This document shows, in pieces, positions 11,274 through 21,521 of a stretch of 64,000 nucleotides of DNA. Below the pieces are notes generated by a model, which saw only the letters and a program-made list of their open reading frames with translations, had not been told where the DNA came from and ran no database searches. The stretch spans positions 64,001 to 128,000 of the forward strand of contig CAWAGQ010000013.1 of the NCBI GenBank assembly GCA_963781585.1, written 5' to 3'. This stretch comes from an uncultured Gemmatimonadaceae bacterium. GTDB taxonomy: Bacteria; Gemmatimonadota; Gemmatimonadetes; Gemmatimonadales; Gemmatimonadaceae. A program made the position numbers and the translations under genes. How positions within the stretch are numbered: the stretch's first letter is position 1; every line of letters starts with the position of its first letter.

Positions 11274-11864
11274 TTACGACCTCCGGCGACGGGACGGCGC
11301 GGTAACCGCGCGCAGCGAGACGGCGGCAACGAGAACCAGCCCAATGAAAACGGAGGCGCCAACCAGCGCGGCGACCGTGGAGCTCCCACCCAGCGTCGAT
11401 GTCACGTTGTGACCGAAGGTCGACGACAACAGACCGTTTACCACGTCGATCACCGAGGCGCGCGCGCGCTGTGTGACCAGGCTCACCAGAAAGAGCACGG
11501 CATCCAGTCGCCCCACCGCCCAGATCGTCGCGGCGGTGAACGTGAGTGCGACGAGCCCGGCGGCAGAAGCTGCGAGCGCCCGCACCGGCCCGGAGTGCGG
11601 CACGAAACGCCGCGCCGATTCCAGCGCCGCAACGTGCCAGGGTTCGAAAACCTGCACGTCACGCATGACGTGGTACGCAAACAACGGAGACGGCGACAGA
11701 TGGGGCAGTCGTTCGAGCGCCGCCACTGTCCCACGCCGCTGGTCCAGCCCGGCGCGGCATGTCGGACAACTCTCGACGTGCCCCATCAGAGGTGCAACGC
11801 CAAAACCCTCCTCGCCATCGACGAGGAGATCGAATTCATCAGGAAGGAGATGCCGATGTTCCAC
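11274..11864 (-). CDS. Zinc-binding anti-sigma factor (zf-HC2) with TM helices
   Basis: HVESCPTC (HxxxCxxC), downstream of an ECF sigma; GGAGG RBS. Confidence 0.8.
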   Translation of the reverse strand: MEHRHLLPDEFDLLVDGEEGFGVAPLMGHVESCPTCRAGLDQRRGTVAALERLPHLSPSPLFAYHVMRDVQVFEPWHVAALESARRFVPHSGPVRALAASAAGLVALTFTAATIWAVGRLDAVLFLVSLVTQRARASVIDVVNGLLSSTFGHNVTSTLGGSSTVAALVGASVFIGLVLVAAVSLRAVTAPSRRRRS

Positions 11865-11883
11865 AATGCCTCCAGGGGCTCTT

Positions 11884-11909
11884 TACGGCGGGTTCCGTAT
11901 GAAGGTTTC
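11884..11909 (-). promoter_or_regulatory. ECF (SigW-like) promoter upstream of the anti-sigma gene
   Basis: Minus strand GAAAC-N17-CGTA, 20 nt upstream of ATG 11864. Confidence 0.55.
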
Positions 11910-12047
11910 GGTGGGTCGGGTTGCGCATTCCCAATACAGGTCGGAGCGAACGCCTCCCCGGGAGCGACCAATCCGTGGCAGCCAACACGCCCTGGTCCGG
12001 CGGAGCTGCAATCGCCCTCCCTGCCGGGGCACGGCGCATTCGACGGT

Positions 12048-12650
12048 TCATGTGCGCTCTTCCTCCAGGGCGTCACGCAACTGGTGGCGGGCGCGGTGGA
12101 TGTAGGTCTTGACGGTGCCCAACGGGAGATCGAGGGTGGCCGCGATCTCCTCGTACGAGCGCCCCTCCACGTGACGGAGCAGTATGCACGACCGGTACTC
12201 GGGGCGGAGCGCCGCAATCGCGCGCTCGATGGCGCCGCCCAGTTCCCGGGCCTCGAGTTCGTCCAGCGCCGACTCCTGGCGGGCAACCACATCGAAGCGC
12301 GTGGCCTCCACTTCGGCCGCGGTCGCGGCATGGGGAGACCCATCGATCGACACCGTGTCGATTTGACGCTTCCGCAGGTGATCGATCGCGACGTTGTTCG
12401 CGATCTTGAAGAGCCAGCTGGAGAACTTGAACTCCGCACGATACCGGTCGACGTTGTTCAACACCTTGATGAAGGTGTCCTGCGCCAGGTCCTCGGACGT
12501 CTCGCGATCGCGCACCATGCGGAAGATCAGCGAGAACACCGGTCGCTCGTAACGCCGGATCAACTCTCGGTATGCCGCCTCGCGTCCCTTGCGGGCGAGC
12601 GCGACTACGTCAGCGTCGGGGAGGTTGGTGAGATCGATCAGTCGGGGCAT
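12048..12650 (-). CDS. ECF RNA polymerase sigma factor (SigW/RpoE-like)
   Basis: EDLAQDTFIK, FSSWLFKIANNVAIDHLR, SYEEIA..LDLPLGTVKTYIHRAR. Confidence 0.95.
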   Translation of the reverse strand: MPRLIDLTNLPDADVVALARKGREAAYRELIRRYERPVFSLIFRMVRDRETSEDLAQDTFIKVLNNVDRYRAEFKFSSWLFKIANNVAIDHLRKRQIDTVSIDGSPHAATAAEVEATRFDVVARQESALDELEARELGGAIERAIAALRPEYRSCILLRHVEGRSYEEIAATLDLPLGTVKTYIHRARHQLRDALEEERT

Positions 12651-12773
12651 GTTGCGGGGCACGGGGGCGGCTGCGCCGCAGCCAGCCCTGCAAGAGACCG
12701 GAAGGTATCGAGGCGCGGAAAGGCGGGCCAGCGCGCTTGCTCCACCCTCCGCGGGCGGTCAAGTTTCGCGGCG

Positions 12774-13568
12774 ATGACTCCGACCGGCATCGACGCGGTG
12801 GAAGCGCGAGCGGCTGCGGCGGGTGGAGCGGGGAAGCGAGCCTTCGTCCGCCGGCTCTTCTGGGAGATCGCGCCGCGCTACGATCTCCTGAACCATCTGC
12901 TCAGCTTCAATATCGATCGCCGTTGGCGCCGGTTGGCGATCCGGGAGCTCGTCTGGTGGGACTGCCCGGCCGGCACCTACATCGACCTGTGCGCCGGAAC
13001 GCTCGACGTGGCGGGCGAGCTGGCGCGCCAGCCCCGCTTTCAGGGCATGGTGCTCGGAACGGACTTCGTCGAACGCATGCTCCAGCAGGGGCTTCACAAG
13101 GCCCCTGCCAAGTCGCTCGCTCCCGTCGTGGCCGACGCGCTGGCTCTGCCGCTGCCCGATGGCGTGGCGGCGGGGGCGATCGTGGCGTTTGGCGCCCGTA
13201 ATCTCGCTGATCTGGATGCCGGGTTGGCGGAGGTCTATCGCGTCCTCGTCCCCGGCGCCCGATTCGTGATCCTCGAGTTTTCCACGCCACGGGATCGCCT
13301 GGTGCGGGCCGCGTATCATGCCTACTTCCATCACCTGCTACCGGCCATCGGTGGCCTGGTGTCCGGGAATGGTGCGGCGTATCGGTATCTTCCCGAGTCC
13401 GTGGCGACCTTCCCCGAGGCGGAGACGCTGGCGAATCGAATGCGCGAGGCCGGATTCAGGCACGTCCGTTGGCGCTCCCTGACGTTCGGGGTCGCCGCAA
13501 TCCACGTGGGTGAGAAAGACGGGCCGGACCGAGCCCCGGCGCCGGGCAGACAGGCGGCGCACGCATGA
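12774..13568 (+). CDS. menG: Demethylmenaquinone methyltransferase (UbiE/MenG)
   Basis: IAPRYDLLNHLLSF, DLCAGTLD, FGARN, ILEFS, AYRYLPESV. Confidence 0.9.
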   Translation: MTPTGIDAVEARAAAAGGAGKRAFVRRLFWEIAPRYDLLNHLLSFNIDRRWRRLAIRELVWWDCPAGTYIDLCAGTLDVAGELARQPRFQGMVLGTDFVERMLQQGLHKAPAKSLAPVVADALALPLPDGVAAGAIVAFGARNLADLDAGLAEVYRVLVPGARFVILEFSTPRDRLVRAAYHAYFHHLLPAIGGLVSGNGAAYRYLPESVATFPEAETLANRMREAGFRHVRWRSLTFGVAAIHVGEKDGPDRAPAPGRQAAHA

Positions 13569-15046
13569 GCATCGACTCGATCCAGGACTTCATCGCACTC
13601 CTCGAGCGTGAGGGAGAGCTGCGTCGTGTGAGCGTTTCCGTCTCGGCGCGCCTGGAACTGGCCGAGATCGCCGATCGTGTGATGAAGCAGCCCGGCGGCG
13701 GCCGTGCGCTGCTGTTCGAGCACGTGCTGCTGAACGACGGCACGCGCTCACGGTATCCGGTGGCGATCAATCTCTTCGGGTCCAGCCGCCGGATGGCGAT
13801 GGCCCTCGGGGTGGCCGATCTCGACGAGGTTGGAGCGCGCATCACCCGCCTGCTCGACCTGAAAGTGCCGCAGGGAATTCTGGGCAAGCTGGCACTGCTT
13901 CCGCGCCTGCTCGAAGTCGCGAAGTTCCCCCCGCGCCGGCGCAGCGGGACACCTGCCTGTCAGGAAGTCGTGTGGCGCGGTAGCGACGTGGATCTCACGC
14001 GCCTCCCGATCATCACCTGCTGGCCGGGCGACGGCGGCCCGTACATCACGCTGCCGATGGTCATCTCGGTCGACCCGAAGCGGGGCATTCGCAACGTCGG
14101 GATGTATCGGGTGCAGGTCCTGGAGCGCGACTCGCTGGCCATGCACTGGCAGCGGCACAAGGTCGGCGCCGCGCACTGGCGCGAGATGGCGGCGCGGGGG
14201 GAGAAGATGCCGGTATGCATCGCGGTCGGCGCCGACCCGGCCTCGGTCTACGCCGCCTCCGCGCCACTCCCGCCTAACGTCGACGAATTCCTGTTTGCCG
14301 GCTTCCTGCGGCAGGCGCCGGTCCCGCTCGCGCGCGCCGTCACCTGCGAGCTGGATGTGCCGGCCGACGCCGAGTTTGTGATCGAGGGCGAAATTGATCC
14401 CGCCGAACCGCTGGTCACCGAAGGGCCGTTCGGCGACCATACTGGCTTCTATTCGGAGGCCGATCTGTACCCACGCGTCCAGGTGAAGGCCGTCACCATG
14501 CGGCGCGACCCGGTCTACGCCACCACCATCGTGGGGCGTCCGCCCATGGAGGACTTCTATCTCGGGCACGCCACCGAACGGATCTTCCTTCCGCTGCTCC
14601 GGCTCACCGTGCCCGAGATCGTCGACTACCACATGCCCGCCGAAGGGATCTTCCACAACCTCGTCTTCGTCTCGATCGACAAGCAGTATCCGGGACATGC
14701 CTACAAGGTGATGAACGCGCTCTGGGGGGCCGGCCTGATGTCCCTCGCCAAGCTGTTGGTGGTCCTGGACAAGGACGTCAACGTTCGCGATCCCCACGAA
14801 GCGTGGTGGATCGCGCTCAATCACATCGATCCCGAGCGGGATGCGCGTTTCACCATGGGACCCATCGACGTCCTCGATCACTCCAGTCGGGCCTTCACCT
14901 ACGGATCGAAGATGGGATTGGACGCGACCCGGAAGTGGCCTGAGGAAGGGTTCACCCGGGCCTGGCCCGATCGCATCGTCATGGACGCCGCCACCCGGGC
15001 GCGCGTCGACGCACGCTGGGGGGAGCTTGGCCTCGCCGACCGCTGA
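13565..15046 (+). CDS. ubiD: UbiD-family decarboxylase (menaquinone, futalosine-pathway type)
   Basis: RNVGMYR, EGPFGDHTGFY, GRPPMED, DVLDH, SKMGLDATRK. Confidence 0.93.
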   Translation: MSIDSIQDFIALLEREGELRRVSVSVSARLELAEIADRVMKQPGGGRALLFEHVLLNDGTRSRYPVAINLFGSSRRMAMALGVADLDEVGARITRLLDLKVPQGILGKLALLPRLLEVAKFPPRRRSGTPACQEVVWRGSDVDLTRLPIITCWPGDGGPYITLPMVISVDPKRGIRNVGMYRVQVLERDSLAMHWQRHKVGAAHWREMAARGEKMPVCIAVGADPASVYAASAPLPPNVDEFLFAGFLRQAPVPLARAVTCELDVPADAEFVIEGEIDPAEPLVTEGPFGDHTGFYSEADLYPRVQVKAVTMRRDPVYATTIVGRPPMEDFYLGHATERIFLPLLRLTVPEIVDYHMPAEGIFHNLVFVSIDKQYPGHAYKVMNALWGAGLMSLAKLLVVLDKDVNVRDPHEAWWIALNHIDPERDARFTMGPIDVLDHSSRAFTYGSKMGLDATRKWPEEGFTRAWPDRIVMDAATRARVDARWGELGLADR

Positions 15047-15998
15047 CCCCCGCTCCCGCGAAGGACAGACGTTCGACGGCGAGTCACGCCTCGTCCGCTA
15101 CGTCAATTTCGTCAAGCTCCCCCACACCGTGTTCGCGCTCCCGTTCGCGCTCGTGGGCGCAACCCTCGCCAGCTACCGCGCGCCGGTATCGTTAGGCATG
15201 GTGGCCTGGATAGTTCTCGCCTTTACCAGCGCCCGGTTCGCTGCCATGGGATTCAACCGGGTGGTGGATCGCGAGATCGATCGGCGCAATCCGCGAACCG
15301 CCGGTCGTGAACTCCCGGCTGGCACCATGGGCGTGCGCGAAGCGTCACTGGCGGTGCTGGCGGCGTCCGCCTGCTTCATCTTCGCCGCCTTTCGCCTCAA
15401 CCCGCTCTGCGGCTGGCTCGCACCGGTCGCTCTGGCATGGGTCCTGAGCTACAGCTACAGCAAGCGTTTCACCCGCTGGTCGCACCTGGTCCTTGGATTC
15501 AGCCTGGCCATCGCGCCGGTGGGCGGCTACCTGGCGGTGGCCGGGCGCTGGGGTTCGCCGTGGTGGATGCTGCTCGCGCTCGCGACTGGGGTGGCGACCT
15601 GGGTGGCGGGCTTCGACATTCTCTATGCCCTGCAGGACCGCACGTTCGATCTGGCCCAGGGTCTCCACTCCATCCCCGTCGCATTTGGCGAGGTCGCGGC
15701 CTTCCGCATCAGCCGCCTCCTGCACGTCGTGGCCATTCTCTCCCTGGCCGCCGTCGGATGGGCAACCGGCGCGGGGATCCTCTACGCCGCAGGCGTTGTG
15801 GTCGCCGGTGGCCTGCTACTGTACGAACATTCTCTGGTCTCGCCGCGCAACACAGCACGCCTCAACGCCGCATTCTTCACGATGAACGGCATCATTTCCA
15901 TTGCGTTTTTCACCTTCGTCTTCGCCGAACGCCTCCTCCACAGGTGGAACCTCGCGGCAGCCGGCATCGAGCATCTGCGCTCCGCGGTGCTGCCGTGA
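15027..15998 (+). CDS. ubiA: UbiA-family polyprenyltransferase (MqnP-like)
   Basis: VKLPHTVFALPF, NRVVDREID..NPRTAGRELP, YSYSKRF, GFDILYALQD; TTG start inferred. Confidence 0.9.
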   Translation: MASPTADPRSREGQTFDGESRLVRYVNFVKLPHTVFALPFALVGATLASYRAPVSLGMVAWIVLAFTSARFAAMGFNRVVDREIDRRNPRTAGRELPAGTMGVREASLAVLAASACFIFAAFRLNPLCGWLAPVALAWVLSYSYSKRFTRWSHLVLGFSLAIAPVGGYLAVAGRWGSPWWMLLALATGVATWVAGFDILYALQDRTFDLAQGLHSIPVAFGEVAAFRISRLLHVVAILSLAAVGWATGAGILYAAGVVVAGGLLLYEHSLVSPRNTARLNAAFFTMNGIISIAFFTFVFAERLLHRWNLAAAGIEHLRSAVLP

Positions 15999-16609
15999 GC
16001 GATCAACTCCCGGTCGTGCTCGCGATCACTGGCGCCTCCGGGGCACCGTATGCGGTCGAGCTGCTGCGCGCGCTCGCCCAGGTCCGGCAAACCACCTGGC
16101 TGATCGTCTCCGAGCACGGGCTGCGTCTGCTGGCAACCGAAACAGGAATCACCTCACTGTCGATGTTGCGCGATCGCGTCGGCACAACCACCTGGGACGA
16201 TTGCATCAGGACGTTCGATGACCGCGACCGTGGTGCCCTTCCGGCATCCGGGTCGGTGCGCACCGCGGGCATGGTGATCTGCCCATGTTCGATGGGGACG
16301 ATTGCCGCCATCGCCCATGGCACGTCGAGATCCCTCGTCGAGCGCGCCGCCGATGTGACCCTCAAGGAACGCCGGCGGCTGATCGTGGTGCCGCGCGAGA
16401 CCCCGTACAGCCGCATTCATCTGGAAAACATGCTGCAGGTCACGACCGCTGGCGCGATCGTATTGCCCGCGTCACCGGGCTTCTATCACCGGCCGGCGAG
16501 CCTCGATGATCTGGTCCGCTTCGTCGTGGGCCGTGTACTCGACCATCTCGCGGTGCCGCACGATCTGGTGCCGCGATGGGGAGGCCAGAGTCCGCCGGTC
16601 CCGGAATGA
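15995..16609 (+). CDS. ubiX: Flavin prenyltransferase UbiX
   Basis: AITGASGAPY, ASGS, CPCSMGT, RAADVTLKERR, PRETP, PGFYH. Confidence 0.95.
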   Translation: MSDQLPVVLAITGASGAPYAVELLRALAQVRQTTWLIVSEHGLRLLATETGITSLSMLRDRVGTTTWDDCIRTFDDRDRGALPASGSVRTAGMVICPCSMGTIAAIAHGTSRSLVERAADVTLKERRRLIVVPRETPYSRIHLENMLQVTTAGAIVLPASPGFYHRPASLDDLVRFVVGRVLDHLAVPHDLVPRWGGQSPPVPE

Positions 16610-17091
16610 GTCGGCACCTGATCGGGCTCATCGCCGACACGCACGGGCTCGTGCGGCCCGGGGTGCATCGGGCGCTCGAAGGCGTTGAGGTGATTCTGCA
16701 TGCCGGCGACGTGGGTGGCGAGGAAGTGCTCGCCGAGCTCTCGGCGATTGCTCCGGTCCGCGCGGTTGCCGGCAACACGGATGCCCCCGGCGCCTCACAA
16801 CTCCCGTCTGAACTGATCCACAATGCCGGAGAGCTCTCAATTCACGTGAGCCACGGTCATGAGTTCGGCTCCCCCACCCCTGAGAAGCTCATTGCGCGCT
16901 ACGACAACGACGTCATCGTGTATGGACACACTCATGAGCCCCGGCTCCAACGCGTTGCGGGTCGCCTGGTGGTAAACCCCGGCGCCGCGGGTCCGGCGAG
17001 GTTTCGCGTGGTTCCCAGCGTTGCCCGCCTCCTGATCGATCACGCTGAGGCGGACGTCGAGTTCATTTCTCTGACAGGCGATGACGGCTGA
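16606..17091 (+). CDS. Metallophosphoesterase (YfcE/MJ0936-like)
   Basis: ADTHG, HAGD, GNTD, HGH, GHTH, NPG. Confidence 0.9.
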   Translation: MSRHLIGLIADTHGLVRPGVHRALEGVEVILHAGDVGGEEVLAELSAIAPVRAVAGNTDAPGASQLPSELIHNAGELSIHVSHGHEFGSPTPEKLIARYDNDVIVYGHTHEPRLQRVAGRLVVNPGAAGPARFRVVPSVARLLIDHAEADVEFISLTGDDG

Positions 17092-17100
17092 CACACGCCC

Positions 17101-18183
17101 TCAGGATGTCCAGCGCTCGGTTCGCTCCAGCTCCGAAGGGTGTGCACGAAACCAGGCCGCGACAACGAGCATCTCGTCGATCTCGTGCGTCGGGAGGGCC
17201 GCGCCCGCAATTCGCGCTCCCTGAAAGGTGTGCGAGGCCATCGTCTGGAGCTCCGCTTCAGCCTCGACGGAGCGAGGCGCCGGCACCTCGACCCGTACCA
17301 CGCCTCTCCGAATGAGGTACACGCGGTCCTCACCTTCCACGCCAGGGACCCGATAGGAGAACGTGAGCGTCTCCACGGCGAAGCGAAGACGCTCGAACTG
17401 TTCACGGAGCTCCTCCAGCCGGCGCGCCTTGTCACGCAGGGCAGCCGCGCGCTCGTAGGCCATCTTTTCGCTCGCCTCGGTCATGTCAGCGCGCAGACGA
17501 TCGATCGGACCATCATCGGCCCCTTCCAGAAACGACCGCGCCTGTCCGATGCGTTCGTGGTAGGTACGCGCCGCGACCGCGGCGATGCAGGGACCCAGAC
17601 ACTTTCCCACTTCGTATCGGATGCAGCCCGGCGTCCGCTCGGGCACCGGAAAGATCTCCTGCTGGTCCGAGTAGCGCATGCGCCGGTCCAACGAGCAGTC
17701 CCGGATGCCCAGCGAATCGCTCAGTTCCCGAAGGGCCAGGCGAAGTCGCGCTGCACCCACGAACGGGCCGTACACAACACCCTCCGAGATGGCTGCCACG
17801 GCGCGACGCACCGCCAGCCGCGGCGCGGTACCGCGCGTGATCGCGACGAACGCATAGTTCCGACCATCGCGCTTCAGGGCCACGTTGAATCGCGGCCGCA
17901 GCCTCTTGATCAGGCGCAACTCCTCCAACAGGGCCGCGAATTCGCTTGGCGTGTACGCCCAGTCGATTTGGCGCGCCTCGCGCACGATACGCGCCCCCTT
18001 GTCCTCCGGGTACGCACCACGAAAGTAGCTCAGCAGGCGTGACCGGAGCCGCTTGCTCTTCCCCACGTAGACCACCTCGCCGCTCTCCCCGACCATCCGA
18101 TAAACGCCCGGCCGGTCCTGGGCCTGTTCTCGAACCAGCGTTCGCAGACCGGCAATGCGCGACGCCTCCTCCGAGCGGCGCAC
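17101..18183 (-). CDS. GIY-YIG nuclease, UvrC N-terminal-like, with UvrB/C interaction motif
   Basis: PGVYRM..VYVGKSKRLRSRLLSYF, PRFN, CIRY..KCLGPC, YERAAALRD; no C-terminal RNase H/HhH region. Confidence 0.85.
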   Translation of the reverse strand: MRRSEEASRIAGLRTLVREQAQDRPGVYRMVGESGEVVYVGKSKRLRSRLLSYFRGAYPEDKGARIVREARQIDWAYTPSEFAALLEELRLIKRLRPRFNVALKRDGRNYAFVAITRGTAPRLAVRRAVAAISEGVVYGPFVGAARLRLALRELSDSLGIRDCSLDRRMRYSDQQEIFPVPERTPGCIRYEVGKCLGPCIAAVAARTYHERIGQARSFLEGADDGPIDRLRADMTEASEKMAYERAAALRDKARRLEELREQFERLRFAVETLTFSYRVPGVEGEDRVYLIRRGVVRVEVPAPRSVEAEAELQTMASHTFQGARIAGAALPTHEIDEMLVVAAWFRAHPSELERTERWTS

Positions 18184-18186
18184 CGA

Positions 18187-19014
18187 TCAGTGCTGACAGC
18201 GGTAGCAGAACACCGTAGAGCGCCAGTCGATTGTGTGTGTCCCGACGAGCCGGGTGCCGCAACGAAGACAGGGTTCGCCGGCTCTGCCGTAGACCCTGAG
18301 TTGCGCCGCGAATCCTCCGGGCTTGCCGTCAGGGTCCTGGAAGTCGCGAAAGGTCGTACCACGTGCTTCAATGGCCGCGCGCAGCAGCACGACGACAGCA
18401 TCCCGCAACGTCCCGACAGCGGCAGGTCCGACCAATCGACCCTCAAGCGAAGGATCTACGCCAGCCAGCCACAGGGCTTCATTCGCGTAGATGTTTCCCA
18501 CTCCTGCGATTCTGTGCTGATCCATGAGCACCTTCTTGACGGCCTGTCTCGTGTCCCGAAGAAATGCCGATAATCGGTCCGAGGTGAAGTCCGCGTCAAG
18601 AGGCTCCACACCCAGCCTGCGGTCCAGTCGCGCGAATGCTGCTGGTCCCAGCAGCTGCACGGTGCCGAGTCTGCGCACATCCCGGTAGTAGAAGGCACCG
18701 CCGCCCTGCAGGGCGAAGACGGCTGTCACGTAAGGATCGCTCAGAGTCGCGTCCAGGTCACGCACCACGCGCACGGCGCCCGTGAAACGCGGCTGAAATA
18801 CCAGCCGGTCTCCGGTGGACAGGTCGACCACGATGCACTTTGCACGGCGCCATACCCGCTCGATGCGCGCTCCCGAGACACCGAGTCGGAGCTTCTTCGC
18901 CGACGTGTCCCTCAGGATGTCACGCCGGGGTACGTCGAGGTCGGAGATGGATCTGCCTTGGAGCGCGCGCTGCAGGTCTCGCGCTATCGTCTCCGTTTCA
19001 GGTAGCTCCGGCAT
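18187..19014 (-). CDS. mutM: Formamidopyrimidine-DNA glycosylase
   Basis: MPELPE N-terminus, GVGNIYANEAL, C-terminal CxxC...CxxC zinc finger. Confidence 0.96.
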   Translation of the reverse strand: MPELPETETIARDLQRALQGRSISDLDVPRRDILRDTSAKKLRLGVSGARIERVWRRAKCIVVDLSTGDRLVFQPRFTGAVRVVRDLDATLSDPYVTAVFALQGGGAFYYRDVRRLGTVQLLGPAAFARLDRRLGVEPLDADFTSDRLSAFLRDTRQAVKKVLMDQHRIAGVGNIYANEALWLAGVDPSLEGRLVGPAAVGTLRDAVVVLLRAAIEARGTTFRDFQDPDGKPGGFAAQLRVYGRAGEPCLRCGTRLVGTHTIDWRSTVFCYRCQH

Positions 19015-20284
19015 GTCGTTTCATCTCCCTCCAGCCTATGTCGCCGCGAAACTGCCTGCCTGGGAAATGAACGCGCTCCACACCTCGGAGGCTCTTGGCG
19101 CGAGCCTCCTCCAAAGTGTGTCCGAGACCAGTCACAGCGACAACCCTGCCACCAGCGGTGACGAGGCCCCCGTCCGGAGCACGCTTAGTCCCCGCCTGGA
19201 AGAGAAGAGTTCCTTCCTCGAGCTCCGATACCGTGATTGGTGCTCCTGTACGTGCCGCTTCCGGGTAGCCCGGTGCCGCGAGCACTGTGGTGACGGCGGA
19301 TTCCGGTGAGAATCGCGGTTCGGGTGCCCCATCCAGTCCCCCCGACTCGCTGCACCGGAGCATGAGATCCAGAAGGCTGGAGCGCATGAGCGGCAGAACC
19401 GCTTGTGTTTCCGGGTCTCCGAAGCGGCAGTTGAACTCCACGACTTGGGGGCCTTCCGCCGTTAGCATCAGGCCGCCATAGAGCAGCCCCTGGAACGGCG
19501 CGCCGTGCTCCCGAAGACTGCGAAGCGTCGGAGCGATTATCTCTTCAGACACCCGCTGCAGCACGACGGCTGTGGCGATGCTCACGGGAGCATAGGCACC
19601 CATGCCTCCGGTATTCGGTCCCCCATCACCTGCCAGAAGGCGCTTGTGATCCTGTGCGGGGAGCATGAGAACGAAACGGACGCCGTCGGAGAGCGCAAAT
19701 ACGGATAGCTCCTCACCAACCATGAACTCCTCAACCAGGATCTCGTCCCCGGCATCCCCGAAGACGCGCGTCTGGAGCATGGCATCAATCGCAGAATCTG
19801 CCTCTTCCATGCTCCCGCAGATGCTCACTCCCTTTCCCGCCGCCAGTCCAGAGGCCTTGATGACGACGGGGAAACCTAATCCACGGGCTGCGGCCTTCGC
19901 CGCAGCGGCATCCGTGTGCCACGAGGCACGCGCGGTCGGGATCCCGGCGTCCAGCATGAGTTGCTTGGCGAAGCGCTTGGATGACTCGATCATGGCAGCC
20001 TTTCGGGTCGGGCCGAACGCGCGAATCCCGACCTCGTGCAACGCATCGACCATACCTGCGGCGAGGGGTGACTCCGGTCCCACCACTACGAGATCGACTC
20101 GTTCCAACCGGGCCAGTGCGACGAGGCTCGCAGTGTCGCTCGCCGCGATCGGACGGCAGTCCGCCAGTTCGGCGATCCCGGGGTTCCCGGGCGCGACCAT
20201 GATGTGTGCAGACGGGTCGTCGTTACGCAGCTTCCAGGCGAGGGCGTGTTCCCTCCCGCCCCCGCCGACCAGGAGGAGCCTCAC
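18998..20284 (-). CDS. purD: Phosphoribosylamine-glycine ligase
   Basis: GGGGREHALAW, APGNPG, KASGLAAGKGV, QDHKR, GPNTGGMG, RFGDPE. Confidence 0.98.
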   Translation of the reverse strand: MRLLLVGGGGREHALAWKLRNDDPSAHIMVAPGNPGIAELADCRPIAASDTASLVALARLERVDLVVVGPESPLAAGMVDALHEVGIRAFGPTRKAAMIESSKRFAKQLMLDAGIPTARASWHTDAAAAKAAARGLGFPVVIKASGLAAGKGVSICGSMEEADSAIDAMLQTRVFGDAGDEILVEEFMVGEELSVFALSDGVRFVLMLPAQDHKRLLAGDGGPNTGGMGAYAPVSIATAVVLQRVSEEIIAPTLRSLREHGAPFQGLLYGGLMLTAEGPQVVEFNCRFGDPETQAVLPLMRSSLLDLMLRCSESGGLDGAPEPRFSPESAVTTVLAAPGYPEAARTGAPITVSELEEGTLLFQAGTKRAPDGGLVTAGGRVVAVTGLGHTLEEARAKSLRGVERVHFPGRQFRGDIGWREMKRHAGAT

Positions 20285-21303
20285 GTCGTCGGGCCAGTAC
20301 CCCCCGGGGTCTCGTCGCCGCTGTCGCCGTCCTTCGACCGCCCGAAAGCGTCGTCGAACGCCGATCGAGCCCGTCCGAGCACGCCGGAGATCGTCTCCAT
20401 CGCGTCGCGCGCCTGATCGCCGTAATAGCCGGCTGCGTCCACGAAATCGTCCGAATACGGAGGCGTGGCCGCGTCATCGCGCCGCCGGTAATCTCCACCC
20501 ACGATCTTGTCGTAGCCGCCGGCGTCGATCCAACGCTGAAGCTCCGCGGCGCGAACCGTGCCGAACGGGTGCGTGCGAAAGGCCGTATTGATCACCTGCC
20601 AGACCTTGTCGGCGAGATCGCCCTCCGTCTGATAGGCTTTCGCCTGCTCCATGAAGGCGTCCACGCTGATGCTGTCTCCGAATTTCCGCCCTCCGGCCAT
20701 CTTGAGGAACGTGCTCATCGTGACCAGTGTGTCCTGTGTGACGAGCAGCCCCGCGCGATCCGCCGAGAGTTCCGCCTTGCGGTACCACTCGAGCAGGGCC
20801 AGCTGAAACGGGAACAGCGCCAGTCCGGCCAGGAAAGGGAGATTCTGCAGGCCGACGGTGAGAATGATGATGGCGATGGTCGTGTACGTCGTATGGCCGC
20901 TCATGATGTGGCCGAGCTCGTGGCCGAGGATGTCACGCTGCTCCTCGGGCTCCAGCAACTCGATCATGCCGGAATTCACTACGATGAACGGCCGCTCGAA
21001 ACCGACGGCGGCCGCATTGACCAGCGGCGTCTGCGTGACGTACAGCTCGGGCACCTCAGGCCAGTCCAGCGTTTCCCGGACCTCCTGGTACATCGCCCAC
21101 AGCTTCGGGCGCTGCGTGGGTCCAACGCGGACGGCGTTTGCGAGAAAGATCTGCCGGATCCCCTTCTCTCCGAAGAACGACGCCACCTTGCGGACGACCT
21201 GGTCAAAGCCCGGGATGGCCCGCAAGGCGTTGAGCGCAGCGCGGTCAGCGGGATGCTCCCACGCCGTCGACGCGATCTGGACGAGCTTCTTGCGTTCTGC
21301 CAT
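20281..21303 (-). CDS. M48-family Zn metallopeptidase
   Basis: WEHPAD, HELGH, ELSADRAG, THP. Confidence 0.9.
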   Translation of the reverse strand: MAERKKLVQIASTAWEHPADRAALNALRAIPGFDQVVRKVASFFGEKGIRQIFLANAVRVGPTQRPKLWAMYQEVRETLDWPEVPELYVTQTPLVNAAAVGFERPFIVVNSGMIELLEPEEQRDILGHELGHIMSGHTTYTTIAIIILTVGLQNLPFLAGLALFPFQLALLEWYRKAELSADRAGLLVTQDTLVTMSTFLKMAGGRKFGDSISVDAFMEQAKAYQTEGDLADKVWQVINTAFRTHPFGTVRAAELQRWIDAGGYDKIVGGDYRRRDDAATPPYSDDFVDAAGYYGDQARDAMETISGVLGRARSAFDDAFGRSKDGDSGDETPGGTGPTT

Positions 21304-21521
21304 GGTGAGAGAGGGTAAGGGGTGAGGGCGCCTGGCTGGCTCGTTAGGCGCACGCGTTCCGGAGATCGGTCGCGTTCCGCGGCCCCGCCTGCGGAGCCCT
21401 GACGCCGTCGCGTGACCGCCGACTTGCCGGTCCCACGCCCATCCTACGTCCGACAGCCGGAAAGGTGTCGCCCGGGCAATCCGCCGGCCCCGGACGCGCC
21501 CGCGACCGACTCCTCAGCGGC

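Noticed and set aside
11271..12773. N-terminal part of the 765-aa ORF
   Set aside because: Antisense to the sigma/anti-sigma genes; only the menG part from 12774 is protein-like.
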